Below are positions 1 to 11,200 of a stretch of 64,000 nt of DNA, piece after piece; position 1 is the first letter of the stretch, and every line of letters begins with the position of its first letter. Origin of the DNA: an uncultured Clostridia bacterium. GTDB lineage: Bacteria; Bacillota; Clostridia; TANB77; CAG-508. The position numbers and the translations under genes were made by a program. The notes below the pieces were generated by a model. The model searched no databases, had not been told where the DNA came from, and saw nothing but the letters and a program-made list of their open reading frames with translations. The DNA lies in the NCBI GenBank assembly GCA_947627185.1, contig CANQVF010000007.1, positions 14,846-78,845 of the forward strand, written 5' to 3'.

Positions 1-1687
1 TATAAGTACCATCATTTGCTATTGCTGAATATGCTCCTACTAAATCTGTTGGTGATATACCAATATTTAATCCTCCTAATGCAAGAGATAATCCTGAATC
101 ACTAAAGTCTGGTAATCCTACACTCTTACAAAATTCTACTGATGCTGTAATTCCTATGTTAGTTAAAGCTTTTGCATGTGGAATATTTGCTGAAACCTCT
201 ATTGCTTGTCTCATATTTAACATGCCTCTATAACCATCATAATTTTTTGGTTTCCAAGTTCCCCAAGATGTAGGTCTATCATAATAAACAGTTGCCCCTG
301 TGATTGTTCCTGTTTCTAAACCTGGTGCTATTACTGATATTGGTTTCATTGATGAACCCGTTTGTTTATGTATTTGTGTTGGATAATTAAAAAATCCTAA
401 TTTTGTAATTGCTGTTCTTTCTTCTGAACTTCCAACAGCTGTTGCTGCTGCTACTATTTGTCCTGTTTTATGATCTTCTATTACCATTGTTGGTGTAGAG
501 TATTGAACTACTGTTTCTTCTTTTCCAGTTTCTTTATTTTTCTCTTTATATTTTGTTGAAGTAATATATTGTTCTTTTACTATTTCTTGTTCTAATATAT
601 TTTGTATATCTGTTTTTTGTGTTGTATATATTTTAAATCCACTACTATATAAATACATTTCTGCCATATCTCTATTCATATCTGGATTAGCTTCCATAAT
701 TTGATCTAATATTTGATTTATAGCTGCTTCCGTATGATATGAAACATCTGTTGTTACATTTGCACTTTCTCCTTTTTTAAAATTCAAACCTGAATCTACT
801 TCTCCCACAGCTGTATTATACTGTTCTTCATTTATGTATCCTAAATCTTTCATTTTAGCTAATACTGTTTTAGTTCTTGTATTTATTTTATCTTTCATTT
901 CTGCTTTTTTAGCTTCATCACCATCAAAATCTGAAAATGGTTTATATGCATTTGGTGAATGATTTATTCCTGCCATATATGCACATTCTGCTATACTTAA
1001 ATCTTTTGCACTTTTATCAAAATAATATATAGATCCTAATTCTACTCCGTTTACATCATCTCCACCAACAAATATTAGATTTAAATATAATTCTAATATT
1101 TGATCTTTTGATAAATAATGTTCAACTTGTATAGCTTTTGAAATTTCTTTTATTTTTCTCATTACACCAGCAATAGCTGTATTTTCTTTTTCTTGAGTAA
1201 TATTTTTTATAACTTGTTGAGTTATTGTACTTCCTCCAAAACTAGAATTTCCCCCATTTAAAAGATATGTAACAGTAGCATATGCTGTTCTTTTTATATC
1301 TATTCCTGCATGTTCATAAAATCTTTCATCTTCTATTGCTACATAAGCTTTTGGTAAATATTCTGACATTTGTGATAAACTAATGCTCTTTCTTTTTGTT
1401 CCACCACTTAAAGTAGCTAATAAATTTCCATCTGCATCATATACAGTAGAATTTTCATATCCTACTACTAAACTCTCTTCATCTATTTTTAAATCATCAC
1501 CAAAAATTCCTACAAAGGAACCAACTAAAATACCTGCTGTTATAATAGCAAATAAAATTATTAAAAATATAAATATTTTAAAAAAGCCCCAAAATATAGA
1601 AAGCTTTTTTTTGTTTTCTTTTTTATTTTTATTTCTGGATTTTGACTGATCAACCATTCTACTGGTTTTTGATTTTTTTTCTTTCAT
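1..1687 (-). CDS. class A penicillin-binding protein (transglycosylase/transpeptidase), N-terminal part; gene continues beyond window start
   Basis: Minus-strand ORF starting ATG at 1687: MKEKKSKTSRMVDQSKSR..., then an N-terminal TM and GT51-like motifs (EDxxFYxHxGID, RKxxE, GGSTITQQ), then a transpeptidase region. Not in the ORF track because it is truncated at the window edge. Confidence 0.7.
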   Translation of the reverse strand, partial: MKEKKSKTSRMVDQSKSRNKNKKENKKKLSIFWGFFKIFIFLIILFAIITAGILVGSFVGIFGDDLKIDEESLVVGYENSTVYDADGNLLATLSGGTKRKSISLSQMSEYLPKAYVAIEDERFYEHAGIDIKRTAYATVTYLLNGGNSSFGGSTITQQVIKNITQEKENTAIAGVMRKIKEISKAIQVEHYLSKDQILELYLNLIFVGGDDVNGVELGSIYYFDKSAKDLSIAECAYMAGINHSPNAYKPFSDFDGDEAKKAEMKDKINTRTKTVLAKMKDLGYINEEQYNTAVGEVDSGLNFKKGESANVTTDVSYHTEAAINQILDQIMEANPDMNRDMAEMYLYSSGFKIYTTQKTDIQNILEQEIVKEQYITSTKYKEKNKETGKEETVVQYSTPTMVIEDHKTGQIVAAATAVGSSEERTAITKLGFFNYPTQIHKQTGSSMKPISVIAPGLETGTITGATVYYDRPTSWGTWKPKNYDGYRGMLNMRQAIEVSANIPHAKALTNIGITASVEFCKSVGLPDFSDSGLSLALGGLNIGISPTDLVGAYSAIANDGTY

Positions 1688-1711
1688 ATATTCTCCTTTG
1701 TATTAAATACA

Positions 1712-2560
1712 TTAATTATTTAAAATTTTAGCTGATTTAACTACATTTACTAAAAGCATCGCTATTGTCATTGGGCCAACTCCACCTGGTACAGGAGTAA
1801 TATAACTTGCCTTTCTAGAAACAGCTTCATAATCAACATCACCACAAATTGTTCCATCTTCAAGTCTATTAATTCCTACATCAATTACAACAGCCCCATC
1901 TTTTACCATATTTTCTTTTACAAATTTTGGCCTACCAATAGCAGAAATAATAATATCAGCTTTTTTAGTAATTTCTTCAATATTTTTAGTTTTTGAATGA
2001 CATACTGTAACTGTTGAATTTTTATTAAGCATACATTGAATCATTGGTTTTCCAACTATATTACTTCTTCCTAAAATTACAGCATTTTTTCCTTCTGTTT
2101 CGATATTATATTCTTCTAGCATTTTTATAATTCCATAAGGAGTACAAGATATAAAAGTATCTTCTCCTATAGTTAATTTTCCAACATTTACAGGATTAAA
2201 TCCATCAACATCTTTTTCTGGTAATATTGTTTGAAAAGCTTTATTTATATTTATATGTTTTGGAACAGGACTTTGCAATAAAATTCCGTGAACTGAAGAA
2301 TCATTATTAAGTTTATGTATAGTTTCTAATAAAAAATCTTCTGAAATATTTTCTTCAAATAAGTATTCTTTAAAATCTATTCCCACTTTTTCACAAGCTT
2401 TTGATTTATTTCTAACATAAACTTGTGATCCAGAATCATTTCCAACCATAATTACTGCAAGTTTTGGATTAATCCCATTTTCTTTTAATTTAATTACTTC
2501 TTCTTTTAATTCTTTTTTTATTTTTTTTGCAAGTTCTTTTCCATTAATTATTTCTGCCAT
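1712..2560 (-). CDS. folD: bifunctional methylenetetrahydrofolate dehydrogenase/cyclohydrolase
   Basis: 282 aa. MAEIINGKELAKKIK..., VIMVGNDSGSQVYVRNK, GRSNIVGKPM, PVPGGVGPMT are typical FolD motifs. Confidence 0.9.
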   Translation of the reverse strand: MAEIINGKELAKKIKKELKEEVIKLKENGINPKLAVIMVGNDSGSQVYVRNKSKACEKVGIDFKEYLFEENISEDFLLETIHKLNNDSSVHGILLQSPVPKHININKAFQTILPEKDVDGFNPVNVGKLTIGEDTFISCTPYGIIKMLEEYNIETEGKNAVILGRSNIVGKPMIQCMLNKNSTVTVCHSKTKNIEEITKKADIIISAIGRPKFVKENMVKDGAVVIDVGINRLEDGTICGDVDYEAVSRKASYITPVPGGVGPMTIAMLLVNVVKSAKILNN

Positions 2561-2598
2561 ATTTAATATTTACAATTATATTAATTGTTTCTCCTCTC

Positions 2599-3780
2599 TT
2601 ACTCAGACTTTTTTAAATAAAAATACATTCCAGCTGATACAAGAGATATTGCTAATATTGTAATTATAATATATAGATTATTTGCAATATTATTTCCAAC
2701 TTCAGGTAATACTCCAACTTCTTCTTGAATTGCAGCTAGTTTTTCTTCTTCAGTTAATTCATTTGTAACTTCATTTACAACTTCATTTGATATTTCATTT
2801 GCTACTTCGTTTGCAACAGTATTTTCAATTTCATTTTTATTTTCTTCTGGTTTTTTGTTTGTTAATAATCTAGTAGCAATATATACAACTTGTCCATTAT
2901 AAGTAATTCTAGACCATCCATTATCTGCAACACCTGTTCTTGTTACTTCTTGTCCAGTACTTAAATATCCTACTTTATCACTATCTGTACTCCAACTTTT
3001 TCTTAAATTACAATTTTGTAAAGCATACATTTTTTCATTTACATCTTTGAACTTTACATCTTCATTTTCTTTTTTATTATCATCCGTATTTGATGTATTA
3101 GTTGTATCAGGTGTTGATGGAGTATTTGATGTTTGAGTTGTTAAATACTGACTAGAGATATATCCAGTTTGACCATTATAATTTACTCTAGACCATCCAT
3201 TGTTTCCTATACCTGTTCTTGTTAATTTAGTGCCTGTTTCTAATACTCTAATTCTTTCACTAGTTGTTGAATAACTTTTTCTAAAATTAACTCTATCATT
3301 AGTATAAACAGTTTCATTTACATCTGTAAATTTTACATCTGAGTTTGAATTACTATTTCCAGTATTAGTTGCAGGTTGTTGATTTCCTACTATGTTTACA
3401 CTTGCTTCTTTAGTACCACCATTTTCTAACTCACTTCCATTAGAAGCTGTAACTATTATTTTAGAAGCTGTGACTTTTGCAGTTCCAGTTGCAACATCTT
3501 TTGTTGAAAAAGAAACTGAATTATCTGATAATCCTGTTGTATATGCTAATGTTTGAGTATTTGTTTTTCCATCGCTCCAACTTACAGTTATAACTGCTTG
3601 AGCTGCAATAGCATTTGATGGTAATATTAATGAAACTGTAAGATTTTCACCAGATTTTACAGATGAAGGTACATTTAAACCTGTTATACTATCTGCATTA
3701 ACCGTTGTTATAAATACTGACATTATTCCTATTGCTATTATTAATAAAATTAATGAAAATTGAAATATTAATTTTTTCAT
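2599..3780 (-). CDS. secreted cell-wall-anchored protein with two SH3b-like domains and a C-terminal LPEVG sorting signal
   Basis: Signal peptide; two repeats of GWSRVNYNGQTGYIS / GWSRITYNGQVVYIA (SH3b-like); C-terminus LPEVG followed by a hydrophobic stretch and KKSE. Sits directly next to the sortase gene. Confidence 0.6.
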   Translation of the reverse strand: MKKLIFQFSLILLIIAIGIMSVFITTVNADSITGLNVPSSVKSGENLTVSLILPSNAIAAQAVITVSWSDGKTNTQTLAYTTGLSDNSVSFSTKDVATGTAKVTASKIIVTASNGSELENGGTKEASVNIVGNQQPATNTGNSNSNSDVKFTDVNETVYTNDRVNFRKSYSTTSERIRVLETGTKLTRTGIGNNGWSRVNYNGQTGYISSQYLTTQTSNTPSTPDTTNTSNTDDNKKENEDVKFKDVNEKMYALQNCNLRKSWSTDSDKVGYLSTGQEVTRTGVADNGWSRITYNGQVVYIATRLLTNKKPEENKNEIENTVANEVANEISNEVVNEVTNELTEEEKLAAIQEEVGVLPEVGNNIANNLYIIITILAISLVSAGMYFYLKKSE

Positions 3781-3797
3781 ATTTCTAACCCATCCTT

Positions 3798-4484
3798 TTA
3801 TTCATTTTCTTCTGCATCTAAAGTTGTATTTGTAGTGTTTGTAGTGTTTGTAGTATTTGTATCAGTTGAATCCATAATACTATCTTTTTCTTCTGCTTTT
3901 ACTACAAGTCTTGAAGTTGAAGCATCTTCACATGTAATTAAAGTAATTTGTATTTTACTTTCATCTTGCATTAAACATTTTAAATCTTCAGGTTCTACTT
4001 TAGAAATTTCTGTTACTTTATATTCTGTTTCTTCTAAATCTGGATCAACAATTGTAAATTCATCACCAACTTCAAAATTAGATAATTTTGAAAAAATACC
4101 ATCTTTATTATGACCTGCTATGCAGAAATTTCCATAACTATTTAAGCTATCGCCATATAATTTTATAACACCATTTTCCAAAGCTTTATCTTCTTTAGAA
4201 TCTAATATGTATTGTTCAACTTCTTGATCACTTATTACAATTTTTCCTAAAACATCATAGCCTTCTACTTGTTCAATCATTTTATTTTTTACAGGTTCTG
4301 CAGGCTCTGCCTGATTTTCTTTTTCTTTAGAATTGAAATATCTATATCCGAAAAAAATTGCAACAGCAATTAATATAATTATAAATAAAATTAAAAAAAG
4401 CTTTTTAAAATTAAATTCTTTATCATCATCAAAATCCATATAATTATTTTGTGATTCATTATTAAATCCGATTAAAAAATTCAT
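3798..4484 (-). CDS. sortase family transpeptidase
   Basis: N-terminal TM anchor; catalytic His (IAGHN) and TLITCED...R motif. Unusual C-terminal TNTTNTTNTTNTT tail encoded by a 9-nt tandem repeat. Confidence 0.8.
   Translation of the reverse strand: MNFLIGFNNESQNNYMDFDDDKEFNFKKLFLILFIIILIAVAIFFGYRYFNSKEKENQAEPAEPVKNKMIEQVEGYDVLGKIVISDQEVEQYILDSKEDKALENGVIKLYGDSLNSYGNFCIAGHNKDGIFSKLSNFEVGDEFTIVDPDLEETEYKVTEISKVEPEDLKCLMQDESKIQITLITCEDASTSRLVVKAEEKDSIMDSTDTNTTNTTNTTNTTLDAEENE
3829..3858. repeat. 9-nt tandem repeat (tgtagtgtt x3, last unit degenerate) inside the sortase 3' end, encoding (TNT)n
   Basis: Direct reading: tgtagtgtttgtagtgtttgtagtatttgt. Confidence 0.7.
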
Positions 4485-4641
4485 CCGCTCTTTTTTTGGC
4501 TAAATCTTCTGAATCTCTTTCATAATCATATGATTTTTCTTCTTCGTTATCATTATTATTGTCGCTAGTATATTTTCTATATGTATAAGAACTTGTATCT
4601 CCAAAATCATTTGGATCTCCTGAATGTTTTCCTCTTCCCAT
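4462..4641 (-). CDS. small acidic hypothetical protein (59 aa), overlaps the sortase start by 23 nt
   Basis: ATG at 4641 preceded by GGAGG (aaatggaggaatttatATG); MGRGKHSGDPNDFGDTSSYTYRKYTSDNNNDNEEEKSYDYERDSEDLAKKRADEFFNRI*. Not in the ORF track (short). Confidence 0.3.
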   Translation of the reverse strand: MGRGKHSGDPNDFGDTSSYTYRKYTSDNNNDNEEEKSYDYERDSEDLAKKRADEFFNRI

Positions 4642-4655
4642 ATAAATTCCTCCAT

Positions 4656-5459
4656 TTATCTTATAAATATTGTTCCTAATATTATAAGTCCAAATATTAT
4701 TCTGTATATTGCAAAAATTTTAAAACTACCTTTTTTCAAAAAATTCATTAAAAATTTAATAACAAATAAACCTACAATAAAACTAGCAAAGATTCCTGCA
4801 AAAAAAGGTATAGACAATTCGAATTTTGTTATATCTACAAGTACTGCAGCTGCAACTATAGGTGTGGATAAAAGAAAAGAAAACTTTGCTGAACTTTCTC
4901 TATCTATTTTCAAAGCTCTAGCTACAGTCATAGTTATGCCAGAACGTGAAACTCCTGGAAAAGCCGCTGCTAATGCTTGTGATATTCCTACAAAAACAGA
5001 TTGTTTTAATGTTATATTCTCATAATTTGTATTAGAATCTGACTTTTTATCAACTACATATAAAACTATACCCATAACTATTAATGCAATTGCTATTAAT
5101 GCCATTTCTAAATTTAAATTTCCATTAATTATTATTTCTGATATTTTATCTAAAACTAAACTTAAAATTCCTGCTGGAATTGTAGCTATTACTAAATACC
5201 AAAATATTTTTCCATCTAGTGAATCTTCTTTTTTAAATACTTTATTAAATCCACCTTTAATAAGATTTATCCAATCTTTAAAGAAAAAAATGCAAATTGC
5301 AAGTAATGTTCCTAAATGTAAAGCAACATCAAAAGATTCTGATATTTCTTCCCAACCAAAAATCCATGGAAATACATTTAAATGTGCCGAACTAGATACT
5401 GGTAAAAATTCAGTTAAGCCTTGAACTATACCTAAAATTATTGCGTGTGTTAATAACAT
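4656..5459 (-). CDS. uppP: undecaprenyl-diphosphatase
   Basis: 267 aa polytopic membrane protein; MLLTHAIILGIVQGLTEFLPVSSSAHL and GVSRSGxT motifs are typical of UppP/BacA. Confidence 0.9.
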   Translation of the reverse strand: MLLTHAIILGIVQGLTEFLPVSSSAHLNVFPWIFGWEEISESFDVALHLGTLLAICIFFFKDWINLIKGGFNKVFKKEDSLDGKIFWYLVIATIPAGILSLVLDKISEIIINGNLNLEMALIAIALIVMGIVLYVVDKKSDSNTNYENITLKQSVFVGISQALAAAFPGVSRSGITMTVARALKIDRESSAKFSFLLSTPIVAAAVLVDITKFELSIPFFAGIFASFIVGLFVIKFLMNFLKKGSFKIFAIYRIIFGLIILGTIFIR

Positions 5460-5497
5460 TATTTTTTGCCTCCAATTTCTATTTTCATTTGTAAATA

Positions 5498-6376
5498 TTA
5501 TAATTCTTTTAAAACATGATATAATGTTTCTTTTATAAATTCAGCTGAAGTAAGTGGTGCTACTTTTGCAGGTAATGATAATGCCCAAATTATTTTTAAT
5601 CCTTTTTCTCTAGCTGCTTTTCTATCAATACCACCTGGATTAGAAGCTAAGTCTATTATTATTGCTTCTTTTTTAATTAAATCTAATCTATCTCCTACTA
5701 ATAATTGGAAAGGTATAGTATTTATAATAATATCAAATTTAGATAAATTTTCATCTAAATCATTTAAGTGTATTGGGTTATATCCATAAGCTTTTATCCA
5801 AGATATATCTTCATCTTTTCTAGCTTCACAATATACTTTTGCACCAATACCATCTAACATTTTAGCTAATACTTTTCCAATTCTTCCAAATCCCATAACA
5901 AGTACATTAGTTCCGTGTACAGTTCTTTGAGTTTCCTCCATTGCTATTTGAATTGTTCCTTCTGCTGTTGCAATTGTATTTAATACTGAAAATTCTTCTC
6001 TTTTTAATAAATCAGTAAATTGAATATTGTTGTTATCCAATTGTTCTTTTTCTTTTGTACCAATATTTCCAGCAATTAAATATTTTCCTTTTAATGCTTC
6101 GAAAAAATCTTCCAATTCAACATTGTTTCTTCCAAAAGGTGTTGATAACCTTTTTTTATCACTTGAAAGAGGAACTGGACCAATTACTACTTTAGAACTT
6201 TGGATTGCTTCATCTAAAGTAGGACATAATTCTACTCTCTCTAAATTTAGTATTTCTTCAGAATTTTCTAAGCCATAAGTGTATACTTTATATCCATCTT
6301 TATCAAGCATTTCAATAAGTTTTACAATTCGTAAATCTCCACCAACAACCGTTATAGATTTTTCCATATGAATCAC
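5498..6376 (-). CDS. dpaA: dipicolinate synthase subunit A-like NAD-binding protein
   Basis: 292 aa. VVGGDLR...EGTIQIAMEETQRTVHGTNVLVMGFGRIGK...IDLASNPGGID...LPAKVAPLTSAEF align with the conserved blocks of B. subtilis SpoVFA. No dpaB follows. Confidence 0.65.
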   Translation of the reverse strand: MIHMEKSITVVGGDLRIVKLIEMLDKDGYKVYTYGLENSEEILNLERVELCPTLDEAIQSSKVVIGPVPLSSDKKRLSTPFGRNNVELEDFFEALKGKYLIAGNIGTKEKEQLDNNNIQFTDLLKREEFSVLNTIATAEGTIQIAMEETQRTVHGTNVLVMGFGRIGKVLAKMLDGIGAKVYCEARKDEDISWIKAYGYNPIHLNDLDENLSKFDIIINTIPFQLLVGDRLDLIKKEAIIIDLASNPGGIDRKAAREKGLKIIWALSLPAKVAPLTSAEFIKETLYHVLKEL

Positions 6377-6438
6377 CTTTTACCTCTCTTAAATTTCTTT
6401 AATACTTAAATTTTATGTGAGTTAAAATTTTTTATGTA

Positions 6439-7755
6439 TTAATTTCTTTGACGTTCCTCTTTTTCTTTTTTTCTTTCTTTTGATTGTTCTTCAATTTCTC
6501 TTTCTTCCATTTCTTTTTTCTTTTTTTCTCTATTAAAAATGTAATCTAATTTTTCACTTATTCTTTCTTTATTATCATTTGAACTCATTTCTTCTATTAA
6601 TCTACAAGTTTCTTCTAAATATTCTCTAGCTTTTACTTCATCTTCTAATAAAATAATATTTTTTCTTAAATTATTATGTTTTTCTTCTTCATCTTCTTCA
6701 ACATTATTTTTTTCTGTTTCATCCATTTTAACAGATACTGTTATATGTTCTTTTATTTTTTCAAAGCACTTTTCTTTTTCTGCAACTTTTAATAAATTTG
6801 GATCTAATTCTATTGATTTATTTAAAAAATTAATTGCTATATCTTTTTCACCTTTATACACATATATTTTAGCAAGTTGATAATAAGAAAAAGCTTCTAA
6901 TTCATCATATAAACTATTTTCAAAATATTTTTCAGCAATTTCATAATCCCCTTGAATAAATGCAATTAAACCTAAATTATAATTTGCACCATACAATTTA
7001 TGATTTATATTAGCAGCCTTTTCATACATTTCTTTTGCCATTTGAAAATCACTAAGTCTTGTATATACAATCCCTAAATTATAATATAAATCATAATCTG
7101 CTGGTCTATATAGTAGTGCTTCGTTATACACATTAACTGCTTCTTTAAATCTTTCTTTTTCACATAAAAGTTCTCCTAAAAGGCAAGAGCCTTCATAGCA
7201 ATCTGGTTTCACTTTTACTAAATTTTCTAGCATTTCAATTGCTTCATCTTTTTTTCCTAAATCTCTTAATAATTCTGCTATTTTAAAATAAGATTTATAA
7301 TCTTTCCTATTTATATCTACTGATGTTACATATTCATCTATTGCCCTTCTCATTCCACCTTCTTTTTCATAACATTCAGCTAACATCTTATGCCCTAAAT
7401 AACTTTCTGGATATTTTGTAACTAACTTTACTAATATTTTTTTTGCAGTTTTAGAATCACCTATAAGCATAAAAAATTTAGCAGAGAAAACACTTAAAAT
7501 TTCTGAAAAATTGATACCTTTCAATTCAGTAATTATAATTACTATTGGAATAATAATTGATAAAATATATCTGCTAGAAATTGAAATCATATTTTCAGTA
7601 ATTTTTAATTTTATTTCAATAAAGCTAATTGCAATTCCAATAGCTTGCATAATTAATAAAATTATGTAATTAGTATCATTTCTCCTAATTATTTTAAAAA
7701 AAATTATTATAAATAGGGAAAATGCTAATAAATTGAATACAATTCTTTCAAACAT
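6439..7755 (-). CDS. membrane-anchored TPR-repeat protein with a K/E-rich C-terminal tail
   Basis: N-terminal TM helices, then multiple 34-aa TPR-like repeats (..YYNLGIVY..A.E.YEKA..), then a charged low-complexity C-terminus. Confidence 0.6.
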   Translation of the reverse strand: MFERIVFNLLAFSLFIIIFFKIIRRNDTNYIILLIMQAIGIAISFIEIKLKITENMISISSRYILSIIIPIVIIITELKGINFSEILSVFSAKFFMLIGDSKTAKKILVKLVTKYPESYLGHKMLAECYEKEGGMRRAIDEYVTSVDINRKDYKSYFKIAELLRDLGKKDEAIEMLENLVKVKPDCYEGSCLLGELLCEKERFKEAVNVYNEALLYRPADYDLYYNLGIVYTRLSDFQMAKEMYEKAANINHKLYGANYNLGLIAFIQGDYEIAEKYFENSLYDELEAFSYYQLAKIYVYKGEKDIAINFLNKSIELDPNLLKVAEKEKCFEKIKEHITVSVKMDETEKNNVEEDEEEKHNNLRKNIILLEDEVKAREYLEETCRLIEEMSSNDNKERISEKLDYIFNREKKKKEMEEREIEEQSKERKKEKEERQRN

Positions 7756-7868
7756 AACATTTCTCCAGTTCTACATCCTTTTAAATTTATTCGAAAATAT
7801 TATATCATATACACTTTTTTTAAACAAGGTAATATTTATTAAGTTTTATTTTTTTAATTTAAATTGAT

Positions 7869-8192
7869 TTATATATATAAATCAAACAAAATAAAACAAA
7901 TTATTATTACTTCTATTATTAATATTGTTGGAATTCCTATTGTGAATTTTAATTTTTTAGTTTTATGTCTAAAAGTATACATTCCACTTAATGTTCCTAT
8001 TCCACCACCTAGAAGAGTTAATGTTATTAATGTTCCTTCTGGAATTCTCCAATAACCTCTTTTAGCTTTAAATTTATCTATTCCCATAGCTAAAAAGCCT
8101 ATTACATTAATAATAACGAAATATATTAATATGTATTTTACTCCTATAATTTCTATAATAGATTTTAAAATTTCTTTCATTAAAAGCCTCAT
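7869..8192 (-). CDS. DUF1294-family small membrane protein
   Basis: 107 aa. GIDKFKAKRGYWRIPEGTL..LGGGIGTLSGMYTFRHKTKK matches the DUF1294 signature as I recall it. Confidence 0.55.
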   Translation of the reverse strand: MRLLMKEILKSIIEIIGVKYILIYFVIINVIGFLAMGIDKFKAKRGYWRIPEGTLITLTLLGGGIGTLSGMYTFRHKTKKLKFTIGIPTILIIEVIIICFILFDLYI

Positions 8193-8205
8193 TTATAATA
8201 TAATT

Positions 8206-11200
8206 TTATACAAATAAACTCATTTGATTTGATTTTGTCATTCCCTTTAAACAACCAAATTTATCTAATAAATCTGTAACAGATTTTCCAATTTTTGAAC
8301 GAACTTGCATATCTTCTATACATTCAAATGGTTCTTCTAATCTTGCTTGATAAATTCCTTCTGCTGCAACAGTACCAAGCCCAGGAATACTATTTAAAGG
8401 TGGTCTAATTCCATCATCTTCCATAATAAATTTTGTACTATGAGATTTATATAAATCTATTGGTAAAAATTTAATACCTCTTTCATACATTTCTAAAACT
8501 AATTCTAATATTGAATACATGTTTTTATCTTTTGCAGTTGCTGAATTTCCAGCATTATCAATTTCTTTCATTTTTTGGCGAACTTTTTCTTTACCAAAAA
8601 TCATACATTCACTATCAAATTCATCAGCTCTTATTGAAAAATATGCTGTATAATATGCTTTAGGTTTATGAACTTTAAACCATGCTATTCTAAATGCATT
8701 TGTAACATATGCAGCAGCATGTGCCTTTGGAAACATATATTTTATTTTTTCACAAGATTTTATATACCAATCTGGAACATCATGTTCTTTCATTATTTTA
8801 ACATATTCAGCCCATTTTTCTGGATCTTTTAATGCTTTTCCTTTACGAACTGTTTCCATTATTTTAAAAGCATGATTTGGATCTAATCCTTGCTTCATTA
8901 GATAAACCATTATATCATCTCTACAACCTATTGCCTCACTTAATGTAACAGTTCCATTATTAATTAATTCTTGTGCATTATTAAGCCATACATCAGTTCC
9001 GTGTGATAAACCAGAAATACTTATTAATTCACTAAATGTAGTAGGTTTTGTGTCAACAAGCATTCCTCTTACAAATTTTGTTCCAAATTCTGGAACACCA
9101 AAACTTCCTACTTCAGAATTTATTTGTTCTGGAGTAACGCCTAAAGCCTCTGTTGAACTAAAAATACTCATAGTCTCTTTATCATCTAAAGGTACTTTTG
9201 TTGGATCTATCCCTGTTATATCATGTAACATTCTAATCATAGTTGGATCATCATGTCCTAGAATATCTAATTTAAGCAAGTTTTGGTCTATAGAGTGATA
9301 ATCAAAATGTGTTGTTATAATATCTGAATTTGGATCATCTGCTGGATGTTGTACTGGTGTAAATTCAAAAATTTCTCTTCCTTTTGGTACAACTATAATT
9401 CCTCCTGGATGTTGACCAGTTGTTCTTTTTATTCCAACACATCCTTTAGAAATTCTTGCTATTTCTGCATTTGGTTTATGAATATTTCTTTCTTCATAAT
9501 AATTTTTAGCATATCCAAAAGCTGTTTTTTCCGCAACTGTACCTACCGTACCAGCTTTAAAAGTAGTTCCTTTACCAAATATTACTTCTGTATATTTATG
9601 TGCTTTTGCTTGATATTCACCTGAAAAGTTTAAATCAATATCTGGTTCTTTATCTCCATTAAATCCTAAGAAAGTTTCAAAAGGTATATCCATTCCATCT
9701 TTATCTAATTTATGACCACATTTTGGACAATTTTTATCTGGAAGATCAAAACCATTTTTTACTCCATAATCTGAAAAATCAGAATATTTACAATTTGGAC
9801 ATCTATAATGTGGTCCTAGTGAATTTACTTCTGTAATTCCTGTCATATTTGCAACAAATGATGAACCTACAGAACCTCTAGATCCAACAATGTATCCATC
9901 TTCATTTGATTTCCAAACTAATTTTTGTGCTATTATATACATAACTGAGAATCCATTTTTAATAATTGAATCTAATTCTCTATCTAATCTTGATTGAACA
10001 ATTTCTGGAAGTGGATCTCCATATAATTCATGTGCTTTACTATATGCTATATCTTTTATAGTTTGTTCACAACCTGGTATATGAGGTGGACATTTTTCAG
10101 GAGAAATTGGTTTTATTTTTTCACACATATCTGCAACTAAATTAGTATTAGTTACTACTACTTCGTATGCTTTTTCTTCTCCCAAATATTCAAATTCTTT
10201 AAGCATTTCTTCTGTTGTTCTTAAATATAGTGGTGCTTGAAAATCTGCATCATCATATTTTTGACCAGCTTGAAGTATTCTTCTATAAATTTCATCTTGT
10301 GGATCCATAAAATGAACATCACATGTTGCAACAACTGGTTTTTTTAGTTTTTCTCCTAATTCAACTATTTTTTTATTGAATTCAATTAATTTTTCTTTAT
10401 TTTCAACTATTCCTTCTCTTAGCATATATTCGTTATTTTGTAATGGTTGAATTTCTAAATAATCATAATAATTTACTATTTCTTCTATTTCTTCTTCTGG
10501 TCTGTCTGCTACTATTGCTCTATATAATTCTCCAGCCTCGCAGGCACTACCCAAAATTAAACCTTCTCTATATTGATTAAGCATACTTTTTAAAATTCTT
10601 GGTTTTTTATAAAAATAGTTCAAATGAGAATATGAAATAAGTTTATATAAATTTTTAAGTCCAACATAATTTTGAGCTAAAATAATAGCATGATATGAAG
10701 GAAGTTTTTTAAAATCTGCTACAAAAACATTATCAAAATCATCTATATATTTAGCATCTTTTTCTTTCGCTTTTTCTATCATTTTCTTAAAAACTTGAAC
10801 TAAAGTTTTTACATCATCTAGTGCACGGTGAGCTACATCAACTTGAATTCCAAGTTTTTCTGCAATAATTCCTAATTTATATTTTGTAAAATCTGGGAAT
10901 ATTGCTCTTGCTAAACGTAAAGTATCGATATATGTATTTTCTAATTTTAGTCCTAGTTGCTCGCAATTATATTTCATAAATCCAATATCAAAATCAGCAT
11001 TATGTGCAACTAAAACAGAATCGCCCATAAATTCTAATATTTTAGGCATAACTTTATCTATTGTTTCAGCATCCTTTACCATATCATCTGTAATATGAGT
11101 TACTTCTACAACTTTTTCTGGTATTGGTTTTTCTGGATTTACAAAACATTCAAAAGTATCTATTACTTCTCCATTTTTTATTTTTATAATTCCTACTTCT

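Noticed and set aside
3829-3858. Possible CRISPR-like short repeats
   Set aside because: Only three contiguous 9-nt units with no spacers, inside a coding region (sortase C-terminus). A VNTR, not a CRISPR array. No CRISPR arrays were found anywhere in the window.
3835-4113. Plus-strand 92-aa ORF
   Set aside because: Antisense within the sortase gene; its repeat-derived FVVFVVFV start is an artefact of the coding tandem repeat on the other strand.
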